Below, one piece after another: positions 32,201-38,243 of a stretch of 64,000 nt of DNA (within the stretch, counting starts at the first letter, position 1; each line of letters begins with the position of its first letter). The notes under the pieces were generated by a model. That model was not told where the DNA came from and made no database searches. It saw only the letters and a program-made list of their open reading frames with translations. The position numbers were made by a program, and so were the translations under genes. The stretch is from positions 82,057 through 146,056 of the forward strand of contig JAZQYV010000012.1 in assembly GCA_045633705.1 (NCBI GenBank), in the 5' to 3' direction. The stretch is from Candidatus Onthoplasma sp. GTDB lineage: Bacteria > Bacillota > Clostridia > Christensenellales > UBA1242.

Positions 32201-35200
32201 TTACCAAGGCGGAACTGACAACAAATTGAACCACACATTGAATAATGAGTCTACTATTATAGATTATACATATGAAAGCGGAGATATTGGAAAGTATAGT
32301 AGCAATTCTCCTATAACAGTTGAAATTAGTGACAATGCATTTAATGGCGAAAAGAGTTTAAGTTATACAATCTTATCAGACAACAATAATGGAACCGCAC
32401 TATATTATGTTGGCTTATTGCCGGCTGGTGCATATAAGCTAAGTGCATATGTACAATTAGCGCAAGCTGGCAGACTAAATGTTTATCAATTAAGAAGTGC
32501 TGATTGGACTGGTTCACACTTCGTTAACAGACTTGTTCAACCAAATATTTGGCATTATGTAGAAGGTGAGTTTACAGTTGCTGAGGGTGATGGAAAAATT
32601 GATATATTCTTCTATGGTGACGTAGGTACAACATATTATATTGATGATGTAATGCTAACTCGCACTGATAGCAATAGTGAAAACCCAACATATGATTATG
32701 ACATAATCACTCCTGAAACCAAGTTGCCTTATGCGGCAAAACCGGGACATACATTCCTAGGTTGGAACACTGAATCAGATGGAAGCGGAAACTGGGTAAC
32801 AAGTTATAAAGGAACAGATTTAAAGACCGTTACTTACTATGCAATTTACGAGAAATCTCGTGCAAGTGTTAAGGTAGATAGCGACACAACAATTAACTTT
32901 AACAGTACAGATGTTACATTAACTGCATCTATTACAAATAATGTAACTGTTGATAATTATCAATGGCAAATCAGTACTGATGGAAACAACTTTAGCGATA
33001 TAGCAGAAGCAACAAGTAGCACGTACATTCATAAGAAAGATTCTAAAGATATTGGAACATATTATTATAGATGTGTAGTGACTCAAAACGGACTTGTAAA
33101 GAAAGCAGATGGTCAAGGAACAACACAATACGAGGGCAATAAACTTGAAACAACATCAAATTATGTAACTGTTGTAGTAAACAAAACCACTACGACCAAT
33201 GCAACATTAACAAGCAGTGTTACCGAATATGAGTATGGTAATGATGAGTCGTTTAATAATTTTGTAGAAGCTGCTATACAAACATACGACAAGGTAAATT
33301 ATCAGCCAGAAAGAGCTTATACAGCAGCAGATAACAATATTACAATAACTTATTATTATAATAACGTTAACAATAATTACGGTGGAACGGCTTGGAACGG
33401 AATGACTGCTACAGCACTTGATGCAGGAACATACTATATGTATGCCGAAATAAGAGGAAGCATAAATTACTACGATATTATTACCCAAACAATGCAATTT
33501 ACTGTGGCTAAGGGTAATATGGTTATAACAATAACCAGTCAACATGGCGTAACTCCAGAAGTTGAAAATGGTATAATTGTAGGATTCAGCAAAGTATATG
33601 ATGGTGAGGAAATGCCTCTATTTGTATCAGCTGATATTGCAACAACGTTAAGCTACGGCACAACTGATAGCTATGGAACTACTTTAAATCCAAATGCTAA
33701 TGCTATCACTCAAATTGGTGGACAAACTAATACTACTGGTGTAACTGGTGTTACATATTACTATAAGTTTACCGCACCTAACTACAATGATGTGATTGGC
33801 CAAGTTACATTAAAAATTACGACCAAATCGGTTAAAGTAGAGTGGGAAGTTGATTCTAGCTACACTTATAATGGTCAAGTTCAAGTTGTTAAGGCATACA
33901 TTTTAGACACCGACAACACTACCAGAATATATTGTGATGTAACATTTACTGGACAAGATACAATCTTTAAAGATGCAGGAACGTATACAGCACATGCGAC
34001 ATTGGCAGATGCTGACTATACACTAACTGATGCAACTTATGAAGGAATTGTGATTGGTAAATATGCAGTTACAATTGCCGCAAATGATGCAAGTATGCAA
34101 TATGGTGATAGTGCTCCAGAATTTACTGCTGACATTACACCAGACCCATTTGATGCTTATAATATGGTATACACTATAAAGAACGAACAAAATCAAGATG
34201 TTACTGCTAAGATTTCAGAACAAAATATTGGAACTTATACAATACATCCTTCAAGTGATTTGTCGCAGAATAATTATAGTATAAAATACGAAATAGCAAA
34301 ATTAACAATTGATAGATGTATTTTAACCCAAACCAACACTCAAATTGGTGAAATTCCTGACCAAACATATATTGCTGATGAGATAACACCAATTCCTGAA
34401 ATAGCAATTCTGCTTGGCTGTGGCAAAACAGTTTCGTTAAATAATTTAACTGACTTTAGCTGTGAATATACAAATAATATTAATGTAGGAACAGCAACTA
34501 TTACTATAACCGGTACAGGAAATTATGATGGAACAATTAGCACAACATTTAACATTGTTTCAAAAGGAATTTATAAGCCAACCACGGTAACCAGAGAATT
34601 CTATTATGATGGAACTGAAAAGGTTATTACCGGTGATGACTTGAATGTATTTGATAGCAACATAATGGTGATTAGGCCAGTTGTTGAAAATTCAAATATT
34701 GGCGACAGATTTACTGACGTTGGCAAGTATAAAGTTGTAGTAGGTTTGAAAGATACAACAAACTTTAAGTGGATTGATGACACAACTGCTGATGTTGAAA
34801 TAGATTGGGAAATTAATAAAGCCAATACCATTTTGACAATTAATCCAAAAGATATAACAATGTATCTAGGACAAACAACTACATTTAGCGCAAAATTAAC
34901 TTATAGCACAAACAACGGCGTTTCAACTACTGCCACTGGTGCAATTACTGCAATTTCCGATTATGCAACAATAACCGCAAAAGAAGTTGGAGGAAAAGTA
35001 TTTAACGAAGGTATTGCAACAATTGAGGTTAAGGCAGATAAACGAAGTGTGAACGAAACTCAGACAATTATAGTAACATATGCTGGTGATAAAAACCATA
35101 ATGGCTCGACTGAAACATTTACTTTATTAATTCCAACAATTACTATTAATATTGTTGATGAAAACAATAATGATGTTTCTGATAAGTTTACAATTACAGG

Positions 35201-36428
35201 CGTTGAAAACAACCAAAACAACGAAGTTTCTATTGGTTCAGAGATTTCATTAAGTGCAGATAAACTTGGCAATAATGTAGGACTATTAAGTTACAAGCTT
35301 CCAGGTGAAGATATTGTTTATAACAACACATCAATTACTGAAGAATACACAATTGAACAAATTAGCGTAATCGAAGAATTAATTGATAAGACAGATAAAA
35401 AGGTTGTTGTTGAAGTTAAACTTGATAGCATTGTTGACTTTAAAGTAAACATCAATGACCAAGATGGAGCATTGGGAACACCGGACGTTACAACTTCAGT
35501 TGATGGAAATGTTTCTGTGGCTCGTTCATTTGATGATGGATTGTTAAAAGTGTTTGAAAGCTCAACTATTCAGCTTAATACAACTGCAAGTATTATTAAT
35601 GGGCAATATTATGCTGTTAAGAACATTGACATCAATGGTTACACATTGCAAGGTCCAACGGTAGCATCAGAATTAACATTCAGTAAACAATCATTGATTA
35701 ATGATGAGGTTTATAATGAAACTGGTGAAAATATTATTACAATTGATGCATCAAAGATATTTGACGCGGAGACTAAAGTGTTGAAAGACACCAAAAATGA
35801 AACAATTGCAACTATGGATATAGTTGATATATCTAACAATAATACAGTATTGGTTGATACAAATGACATACCAACAGACACAATTTCTGATGACACTGCA
35901 TTTGTAATCGAAAATGCTACGGTTAATTATGTGATAACCGAAAATAATTCAGGCTATGGTTTCGTAGGAATTAAGATATATGATGAGGCTGCTGGCACAA
36001 CAGTAACCAAAGCAAAAGGTCAGCTAAATGCCCACGATTGGACATTTGGTAATACAACCCATGTATGGAATAAGCAACCATTTACTAAAGCATTATCTGA
36101 AGCGCAAGCAGTAGTGCTATACAAGTGGTTTAATCCAAACACCACATCAACTAGCCCAATTACGGTTAGTATGCCAGAAAGTGGCGTTGGCGCCGAATTG
36201 AAAAACTTTGATACTGGATATTCTTATGCTTTGTCTAATACGTTATTTACTGGCACAAACTCTCAACCTATGTTTGAGGGCGAATGGCAAGTTAATATAA
36301 CTCAAGGACAAGGAATTACAGCAACAATACAAATAACTTATGTAAATGGTTCAACTGAAAGATTTAGTGCTGGAGATAAATTTGAAATTAACTCTAACGT
36401 TAAATCAGTAGCAATTACCATTGCCTAA
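20247..36428 (+). CDS. giant (~5,393 aa) N-terminally anchored, repeat-rich surface protein
   Basis: Single uninterrupted 16.2-kb ORF. SD AAGGAG 20236-20241 and ATG 20247 (the track starts at GTG 20211). N-terminal hydrophobic anchor KILLPIFVGVAILSSALVAVVAGIAI. The N-terminal third is Ig-like (Big_2-like). It also has MBG-like segments with Y-D-G-T/AGTY motifs. About 18 Listeria-Bacteroides-type repeats are present (...Y-G-x-L-P-x-P-T-R-x-G-Y-x-F-x-G-W...Y-A-x-W). A CBM_4_9-like module ends in YYIDDVMLTR. There is no LPXTG or other recognisable C-terminal anchor. Confidence 0.9.
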   Translation: MKLKKILLPIFVGVAILSSALVAVVAGIAIKENRQSQKVSANIEGTDTPGAFNFVVMTIEGENIAEGETKTYSCTVGDKIEYTIYYEDIESQYSYSPGTGEDDVMASVEVEYSNSNIVADYGEYYLIKAAGSCTIEVCAIAEDSTLLATINITAEESEESEDGGNPYFWIEDSTIYAGEYLDAFISWGAANDDGYQYIEFYSSDTSCVELSPGYNNELSRDFQYFVNGLKFGSADIVLRGRRTSSGSWTTLASVTVTVKGHDPLELVTAAEDKGAIYFNRLYHGSSYNYEMPDKNVFGITNKTGLNIKYRLRRTSMRTGMRTLVGQYESSARKTTVQSVGAGVYRLEYQIEGGVYDDIIYQDSPWIRFELETTILLGDPDEHVSVREINSTYDGEEHQLIECGYNETDGVVRFIREEDFNYIDNHSGPWSVLPFFETEAHTYGLYWKLDGGENYNDISPRYLQATISPAMASVAASCEASIQLKKGESLDVEISSVGATLVDWYSTYFAAAECVINSTNSVTIKAGDDAGTATVRLIFEWESSNYSAGCNNVPWEEYEPYNIQYSYCYNIQVTVVDDAPANISLYKIEDGVTTSISGGDTLNLMYGKSIIIGMTATTSNGNAIETSYMSSVKDNSKYLTLVDSTSANKFETSIACIKVSRNSLVVYFNIAAKNGEWRATSSYVFIETIKAGGVEGGTGGVADPVVISIANIPVNGIPVGTSLVINYEATGLVNGDTVDSIGVSHTIVDSKGKDVTGTSISKLNPGVYTVTPVAVSNNYNFTLQASTLSIYPPDTAVLVTGFDLIYTGGNQTLVEARVFNGENRDIYYSVGTELNSTNYSTAGSTSTPKKTDAGIYTVFYYIPAVDDREEFTGSVTVEIKRADNSLEIDTPDLYITGSAQELLTIRPKNGTVYYKTMQNATYNSSEALNKDNYSSEGSTVKPTGTEAGTYIVYYYVKSSNYTDIAGWMYITIKSNVFENPALDISWYDTVDGATGQAGSDSKLNFAETAYVTPINMPGASFAYQWYYTDKIISDGAVVNSLDRLDGTAIDGATLARWLVSGEVQGKYIYAVAVVTKAGFHAIIVHSPTIGPVNSVEYKITLTHADGTNIKYIEDGTNLDYQYKRAPEKWEASIKSHATVVEDYSILSVDIEVSQGSFIPTMTISQNVLTIQDLNHENLDAGTIVTITITCLAKDGYASTSMTFTIAIKELGKMEIDIQPITLYYGETATLVFTMKDAEENTITAQGYQTSLDNNGKTVIVENNSSMYVTIQQKSSTNPFEWQFYAINMPKDEVATTVVFTFPGYTEAYDDVTISILIVNSQDDSQDTKIKILQRDLTITSCDASKDYDGTPLTCNRYTVSWIKVGGLASIDGVSDMLNVTITGSQTECGESPNTISSIKVTRPDGEDVTHAYSIVGAKEGKLTVNKAKNILTIESSSDLVCTGNPQDLLTSVEHINSDAEDIKGTPLENGLEKIVYYGYQEINSNNYLNNSIATTEIPKGIHAGTYNIYLYVPESKNYMEIGGVVVVEIAQNPTLPVVGNVTLSDVGVVTWTAPTFITLGQLSISYTYELAVFNDADEQVGETITNITETSYDASDLMLQYADTYYVKVCAIPVINGCADFDVKCVANSEWKDSNTITTLEVTFKAQDATINGQPVGYIKVLNGNETNEIKRIVMPGWTFSSLDNEFKFAGNQDDYSSFTYSNGLVALVSIYPVAAIVTGYTISFDYWQADNSTAPTVITAYFVGNANTLTLTMKGNAEDVVIPESEHWAVDGTDAIKTVNYQETYGELPTPTRAGYKFEGWYGGKNLLSVSGRTVAQLSSGGMNTEIRQFEFDKYYLGLAYNNYYRKTSITDYSISNNTIVQTNASGSTGYGIGLPVKVKPNTTYVVSANCELAQAQYTSSGEYITGGVTSKFTTAENCGIVVIITYNAGGQTKQFTNMQLEEGETTTSYTPYVYTDADGKITSDSIVKTHYNHTVYAKWTPITYSVKYNGNGATAGGSTAEIIDTRTWTYDVEQNLWPCYFTKTNSKFLGWSKTIDATAAEYNTTNPVKNLTTTNLEVVVLYAVWAENTYVANVYVEKTSGDGFDAPQLHNIAATAGRVIHGGNIAAEASKITGVAVENGIKFDYAKFGSKKIGNINATPVSGVTFETNKYYSKIGEDYFLLANEPTDWANQTYYTISNNDSTECFVVVSDSTTIDFYFIRLEYKLTLNAGEQTVITIDTTVTAYEKDKYYTLNQTTGEYNLISSKPQDWGTEGFNVYIIIVPTFAAETGWTKVSNQAIWREYNYGLIYGQLPQPSKAGYEFKGWSTNAAATEADASITADTTMGTSDVTLYAVWSAVKYIVSFNTEYNKVDTSFLIFKADTYYTFDSATKQFVLLTSQPADWGSATYYIKEELTVPASKDVDYATPYGELPTPTRPGYTFESWNTLPDGKGSTIKDVTLVSIVGNHTIYAQWIANIYNVTFEEYGYDEEPADVKVVFGRPYAEAYNEENPLTNKGLPEIGNTGYTLVGWRIKETGQDITIIDINNNIYKIGDDIAVVSYVGDHTLIYLWEAKDDIIVTANAGDGTMPETEGWTGSGATATKAVVYGQSYGLLPEPSREGYTFITWATIDASSDEEVEIDSDSYVLNAYNHEIYAKWEANTYTVTADANGGTIPTTDGWTGSGETATKSVTYDQEYSTLPTPTREGYEFDGWYGKNLFNINNLVETEDIIKNQDKSITVKAYPSRTASKLGELCPELKAGQSIVFSFVTTGYGQIYLYNVESGFNTYFTNGYQHIVTEEMLGSVVYFYRQTSAQGGGSATIKNIQIELGEVKTKYAPYVYVGNDGKISSDSLVKTPYDHTLFAKWNARTDIVLTADANGGTIPVTTGWSPAGSTETKTKSVTYNQAYGTLPTPTRDGYTFKGWWTGNGISSWGDEVKDTTVVTNAANHTIYAKWDINNYVLTADANGGTIPTTDGWTGTGATATKSVTFGESYGALPTPVLEGYSFLGWFTEKDGGTEVNHQNKMSAADVTIYAHWEINGYTLTFEGNGTLIDGECADIEFETGETCKKVVTKLYNEVYGDLPNVTRTGYLFRGWNTQADGNGDTVTKDDIMPANNVTVYAVWEIKKVTVVIRNLSGTSDEGQVVVNGSTVAIANSNNYGSSVEYHFNDKITLGTINGIYNYNFKKWIRVTDINNINMANVEEISNTYSITDEDCGNTTIYLVACYKYYIKVSALSNYVGGTTIGGTVKAYNGDTNNISASSHYEGWYQNQTTTTNTMVASPKNGYKFMGWYTTSPYKNYEENRLSQDISYNYNMWQVKMNKSQPSNTSYGDYNYEYSYIEYYALFLSETTLTINPNEGYVLLPAEPQDWNEAWTNYYKLENGEYVQLTSISAPKFANDTYYSLTAVSLTGVYNETLIIPDPIRENYTFTGWGYDSAKATFDDSNKLYTFGTNDVEFIAQYNINTQSLTINYSQELSNATVYSDINISTTNSDCTISSTTINVNGSSVVKHDYNDNIEISINFEPSTNYKVYIDIGNDGIIDNDEELTNQPYVWTPNQDTEITVYLVQYHLIYKISIEEGIASAWIDVYKDVTNPETIVEGNITQSYYVINGYDIVFNAIALEGYDNIVWEGVSFTRDNIVENVNKQHNSIKVHAEPIKYILTADATADGLYPDAEIDISTLPNGWNVSQDMKTATKEVAYTKGYGILPSSVLAGYAFSYWTDANDNQVNSITKMIIGGATIYANYSANTYKVKYASNKPSGASTEIVGSMQDDEFVYGVKHNLSKNAYSLLGYTFTGWDEVSSGINKYADRAQVSNLTTGEEIILYAQWRKNVYFVKYDSNGGEGEMTQTRCTYDTYFTLNPNAYTKTGYIFDSWNTEIDGKGKSYNDEETLINLTAEENAEIILYAQWVADKYKVTANANGGTILSTEGWTGSGTTATKMVTFNSYYGLLPTPGRIGYSFIGWNTAEDGTGTLITQETKVYLAENHTLYAQWSTDEYTVTLNYQGGTDNKLNHTLNNESTIIDYTYESGDIGKYSSNSPITVEISDNAFNGEKSLSYTILSDNNNGTALYYVGLLPAGAYKLSAYVQLAQAGRLNVYQLRSADWTGSHFVNRLVQPNIWHYVEGEFTVAEGDGKIDIFFYGDVGTTYYIDDVMLTRTDSNSENPTYDYDIITPETKLPYAAKPGHTFLGWNTESDGSGNWVTSYKGTDLKTVTYYAIYEKSRASVKVDSDTTINFNSTDVTLTASITNNVTVDNYQWQISTDGNNFSDIAEATSSTYIHKKDSKDIGTYYYRCVVTQNGLVKKADGQGTTQYEGNKLETTSNYVTVVVNKTTTTNATLTSSVTEYEYGNDESFNNFVEAAIQTYDKVNYQPERAYTAADNNITITYYYNNVNNNYGGTAWNGMTATALDAGTYYMYAEIRGSINYYDIITQTMQFTVAKGNMVITITSQHGVTPEVENGIIVGFSKVYDGEEMPLFVSADIATTLSYGTTDSYGTTLNPNANAITQIGGQTNTTGVTGVTYYYKFTAPNYNDVIGQVTLKITTKSVKVEWEVDSSYTYNGQVQVVKAYILDTDNTTRIYCDVTFTGQDTIFKDAGTYTAHATLADADYTLTDATYEGIVIGKYAVTIAANDASMQYGDSAPEFTADITPDPFDAYNMVYTIKNEQNQDVTAKISEQNIGTYTIHPSSDLSQNNYSIKYEIAKLTIDRCILTQTNTQIGEIPDQTYIADEITPIPEIAILLGCGKTVSLNNLTDFSCEYTNNINVGTATITITGTGNYDGTISTTFNIVSKGIYKPTTVTREFYYDGTEKVITGDDLNVFDSNIMVIRPVVENSNIGDRFTDVGKYKVVVGLKDTTNFKWIDDTTADVEIDWEINKANTILTINPKDITMYLGQTTTFSAKLTYSTNNGVSTTATGAITAISDYATITAKEVGGKVFNEGIATIEVKADKRSVNETQTIIVTYAGDKNHNGSTETFTLLIPTITINIVDENNNDVSDKFTITGVENNQNNEVSIGSEISLSADKLGNNVGLLSYKLPGEDIVYNNTSITEEYTIEQISVIEELIDKTDKKVVVEVKLDSIVDFKVNINDQDGALGTPDVTTSVDGNVSVARSFDDGLLKVFESSTIQLNTTASIINGQYYAVKNIDINGYTLQGPTVASELTFSKQSLINDEVYNETGENIITIDASKIFDAETKVLKDTKNETIATMDIVDISNNNTVLVDTNDIPTDTISDDTAFVIENATVNYVITENNSGYGFVGIKIYDEAAGTTVTKAKGQLNAHDWTFGNTTHVWNKQPFTKALSEAQAVVLYKWFNPNTTSTSPITVSMPESGVGAELKNFDTGYSYALSNTLFTGTNSQPMFEGEWQVNITQGQGITATIQITYVNGSTERFSAGDKFEINSNVKSVAITIA
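25490..32855 (+). repeat. array of ~18 Listeria-Bacteroides-type (Flg_new-like) coding repeats inside the giant gene
   Basis: Recurring ...GWTGSGATATK.V.Y...YG.LP.PTR.GY.F.GW...IYA.W units. Several copies share long nearly identical nucleotide stretches (e.g. 28181-28270 vs 29073-29162). Confidence 0.75.
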
Positions 36429-36464
36429 AACCATAGTGTATCAAAGATTAATATTATATTAGCT

Positions 36465-36509
36465 TGATGATGCAGAGGGGGCAAAACCCCTCTGGCGCAA
36501 GCTTCATCA
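36465..36509 (+). other. G+C-rich stem-loop just after the giant gene stop, without a U-tract
   Basis: CAGAGGGG (36473-36480) / CCCCTCTG (36487-36494), 6-nt loop. Possibly extended by TGATGA 36465-36470 / TCATCA 36504-36509. Confidence 0.4.
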
Positions 36510-36510
36510 G

Positions 36511-36538
36511 TTGATATATTTATATCTATTGATATAAT
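36511..36538 (+). promoter_or_regulatory. promoter candidate for the orphan RNA (extended -10)
   Basis: TTGATA 36511-36516, 16-bp spacer, TGaTATAAT 36530-36538. Confidence 0.55.
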
Positions 36539-36544
36539 AAATTG

Positions 36545-36803
36545 GCACAACCTTAAGTTAAGCGATTAATATTAGGGAGTGCAACTTGTGATAGCGCGAA
36601 TAAGGCATTTGAAGTGAGGGGACTTCAATAAATAACATTATTCCAACCAATAATGAAAAATGTTATCCAACCATAACAATATGGTGTTAGCCTTACGCCA
36701 AGGATTTGTCGCTTGACCTTAACAAAGCGATAGCACCGAGTTTGGTGCTGGGTTAGTTTGACCTGAAACAAACTAAAAGGAGGACATTTGTCCTCCTTTT
36801 TTG
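36545..36803 (+). ncRNA. candidate structured non-coding RNA of unknown class (~260 nt)
   Basis: Bounded by its own promoter and intrinsic terminator, with no SD-led ORF. Multiple nested helices were found by eye, including two adjacent hairpins with identical CCAACC loops (36636-36655 and 36661-36678). Long-range pairings are 36553-36565/36709-36722 and 36596-36606/36690-36698. Confidence 0.5.
36776..36803 (+). terminator. intrinsic terminator of the RNA candidate (could also serve the convergent minus-strand ORF)
   Basis: AAAGGAGGA (36776-36784) / TCCTCCTTT (36791-36799), loop CATTTG, followed by a T-run. Confidence 0.8.
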
Positions 36804-36863
36804 ATATATTATTATTTAATAACAACCATAATTTCAACACTTAATCAGAAGCAAGCCAGCATG

Positions 36864-37130
36864 TCAATGTTTTAATTTTTGATATAAATGTTTTAAGCGG
36901 TCGTATTTAAGTTTTAATTGCAGATACTTTTCAGTTTGCTCTTGCTGAACCTTTTCACGCAATAGGGTTAATAGGCCTTTAAATAAAGAAGTTATGTCTT
37001 TATCCTGAATGCGTGATGGAATTGTAAAAATTTTTATATGCTCGAGAGTTGAAAGTGGCTTTAGTTTTACCAATATATCTTGTTTTAAAATAGGTTTAAA
37101 ATTATTTGTATTTATTGCTGTATTAATCAT
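36864..37130 (-). CDS. hypothetical protein (88 aa)
   Basis: Open frame in an otherwise stop-rich AT spacer with K/L/E-rich helical-looking sequence. No SD, and the start is only 6 nt from the divergent ORF start. Confidence 0.45.
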   Translation of the reverse strand: MINTAINTNNFKPILKQDILVKLKPLSTLEHIKIFTIPSRIQDKDITSLFKGLLTLLREKVQQEQTEKYLQLKLKYDRLKHLYQKLKH

Positions 37131-37136
37131 AAGTTA

Positions 37137-38090
37137 ATGATTAACCAATTTTGTAAATATATACTAGCAATAAACAATATCGACAATAATTGCATATATA
37201 ATAATGTGCAATTATATTTATATTCAAGTCAAGATTTAATAATGAGGGGAGATAGCACTTTTAATATTAGGGCTAATACTGTTTATTGGCTAAATTTGGC
37301 GCAAGATCAAATAATATATATTTATAGCACCAGTTGCTGTGGCTGCATTATTTTAAATAAAGAAATAATAGACAACCAATTGCACAGCCAAATAATATTT
37401 CATCGAATAAATGACAACACGTTGCTGTGTGAGATAAAGCCATTTGTTGACTATGAACCCACAATAGAATATGCTATATGCAATAGAGTTGTAAAACTTT
37501 GCAGCAACACTAACACAACCAATATATATGTTGACGGAAAACATTTCGCAACACTTGACTGTGAGTCGGGTAATACAAAGATTAAAAAGATTGAAAAAGA
37601 GAATGAAGAGGTTGGAATATTAGAAATTGGTGGTCACCATAAACACATAATATTATTTAGTAACAAAGGAATAGAATATTGTGGACATTGTTATGACTAT
37701 GAAATCTTAAATGATAGAATTCAAATATATCGACACAACTCCAATATATTCAATTTAGGACAGCTAATTATTTACAATTTTAAAACAAAGGAATTAGAGT
37801 ATAAGCAGGTGGCCGACAGAGGTGACGAACAAATACTAATTAATAAAGATTTTTGTTTGATATATTTTGTAGATGCAATCAAATGTGGTCGATACAAATA
37901 CGCGTATAATTTACTTTCGTATGAATTAAAATCAATAATAAATATTGCTACCATTAAAAAGTATTTTCCACAATTCGATAATTGTATTTATTTGCAAAAT
38001 CAAGATGTATTTATTATGATTAATAATAAAAAAATTGTTGGAATATATAATATTAAAATTAAAAATAATTTAATAAATAATATATATTAA
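37137..38090 (+). CDS. hypothetical protein (317 aa, soluble, moderately Cys-rich)
   Basis: Long ORF with no TM or signal peptide and no motif I recognise. The start is uncertain: there is no SD at 37137 and the next Met is at 37242. Confidence 0.6.
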   Translation: MINQFCKYILAINNIDNNCIYNNVQLYLYSSQDLIMRGDSTFNIRANTVYWLNLAQDQIIYIYSTSCCGCIILNKEIIDNQLHSQIIFHRINDNTLLCEIKPFVDYEPTIEYAICNRVVKLCSNTNTTNIYVDGKHFATLDCESGNTKIKKIEKENEEVGILEIGGHHKHIILFSNKGIEYCGHCYDYEILNDRIQIYRHNSNIFNLGQLIIYNFKTKELEYKQVADRGDEQILINKDFCLIYFVDAIKCGRYKYAYNLLSYELKSIINIATIKKYFPQFDNCIYLQNQDVFIMINNKKIVGIYNIKIKNNLINNIY

Positions 38091-38212
38091 TAAAATACTT
38101 AAAATAAGCGTGATGTGAGTGATTTAAATTAATAAATATAATAACAAAAAAATAAATTATTTAAATATAATTAATTATTACTAATAATATTTATTGTAAA
38201 TTAATTTCAAAC

Positions 38213-38242
38213 AAAAAACTCCTAAATTAATAGGAGTTTTTT
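38213..38242. terminator. bidirectional terminator between convergent genes
   Basis: AAAAAACTCCTA / TAGGAGTTTTTT. Confidence 0.8.
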
Positions 38243-38243
38243 A

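Noticed and set aside
20301-35896. Many 60-112-aa ORFs antisense to or out of frame with the giant gene (e.g. 33207-33545, 28757-29035)
   Set aside because: All lie inside a clearly coding 16-kb frame and lack SDs. Their composition (Cys/Ile/Asn-rich, low complexity) is typical of antisense translation. With this much coding sequence, several are expected by chance.
36625-36840. 71-aa minus-strand ORF across the structured-RNA region
   Set aside because: It reads straight through the terminator hairpin and several helices and has no SD. Its sequence looks non-protein-like. The region is better explained as an RNA element.
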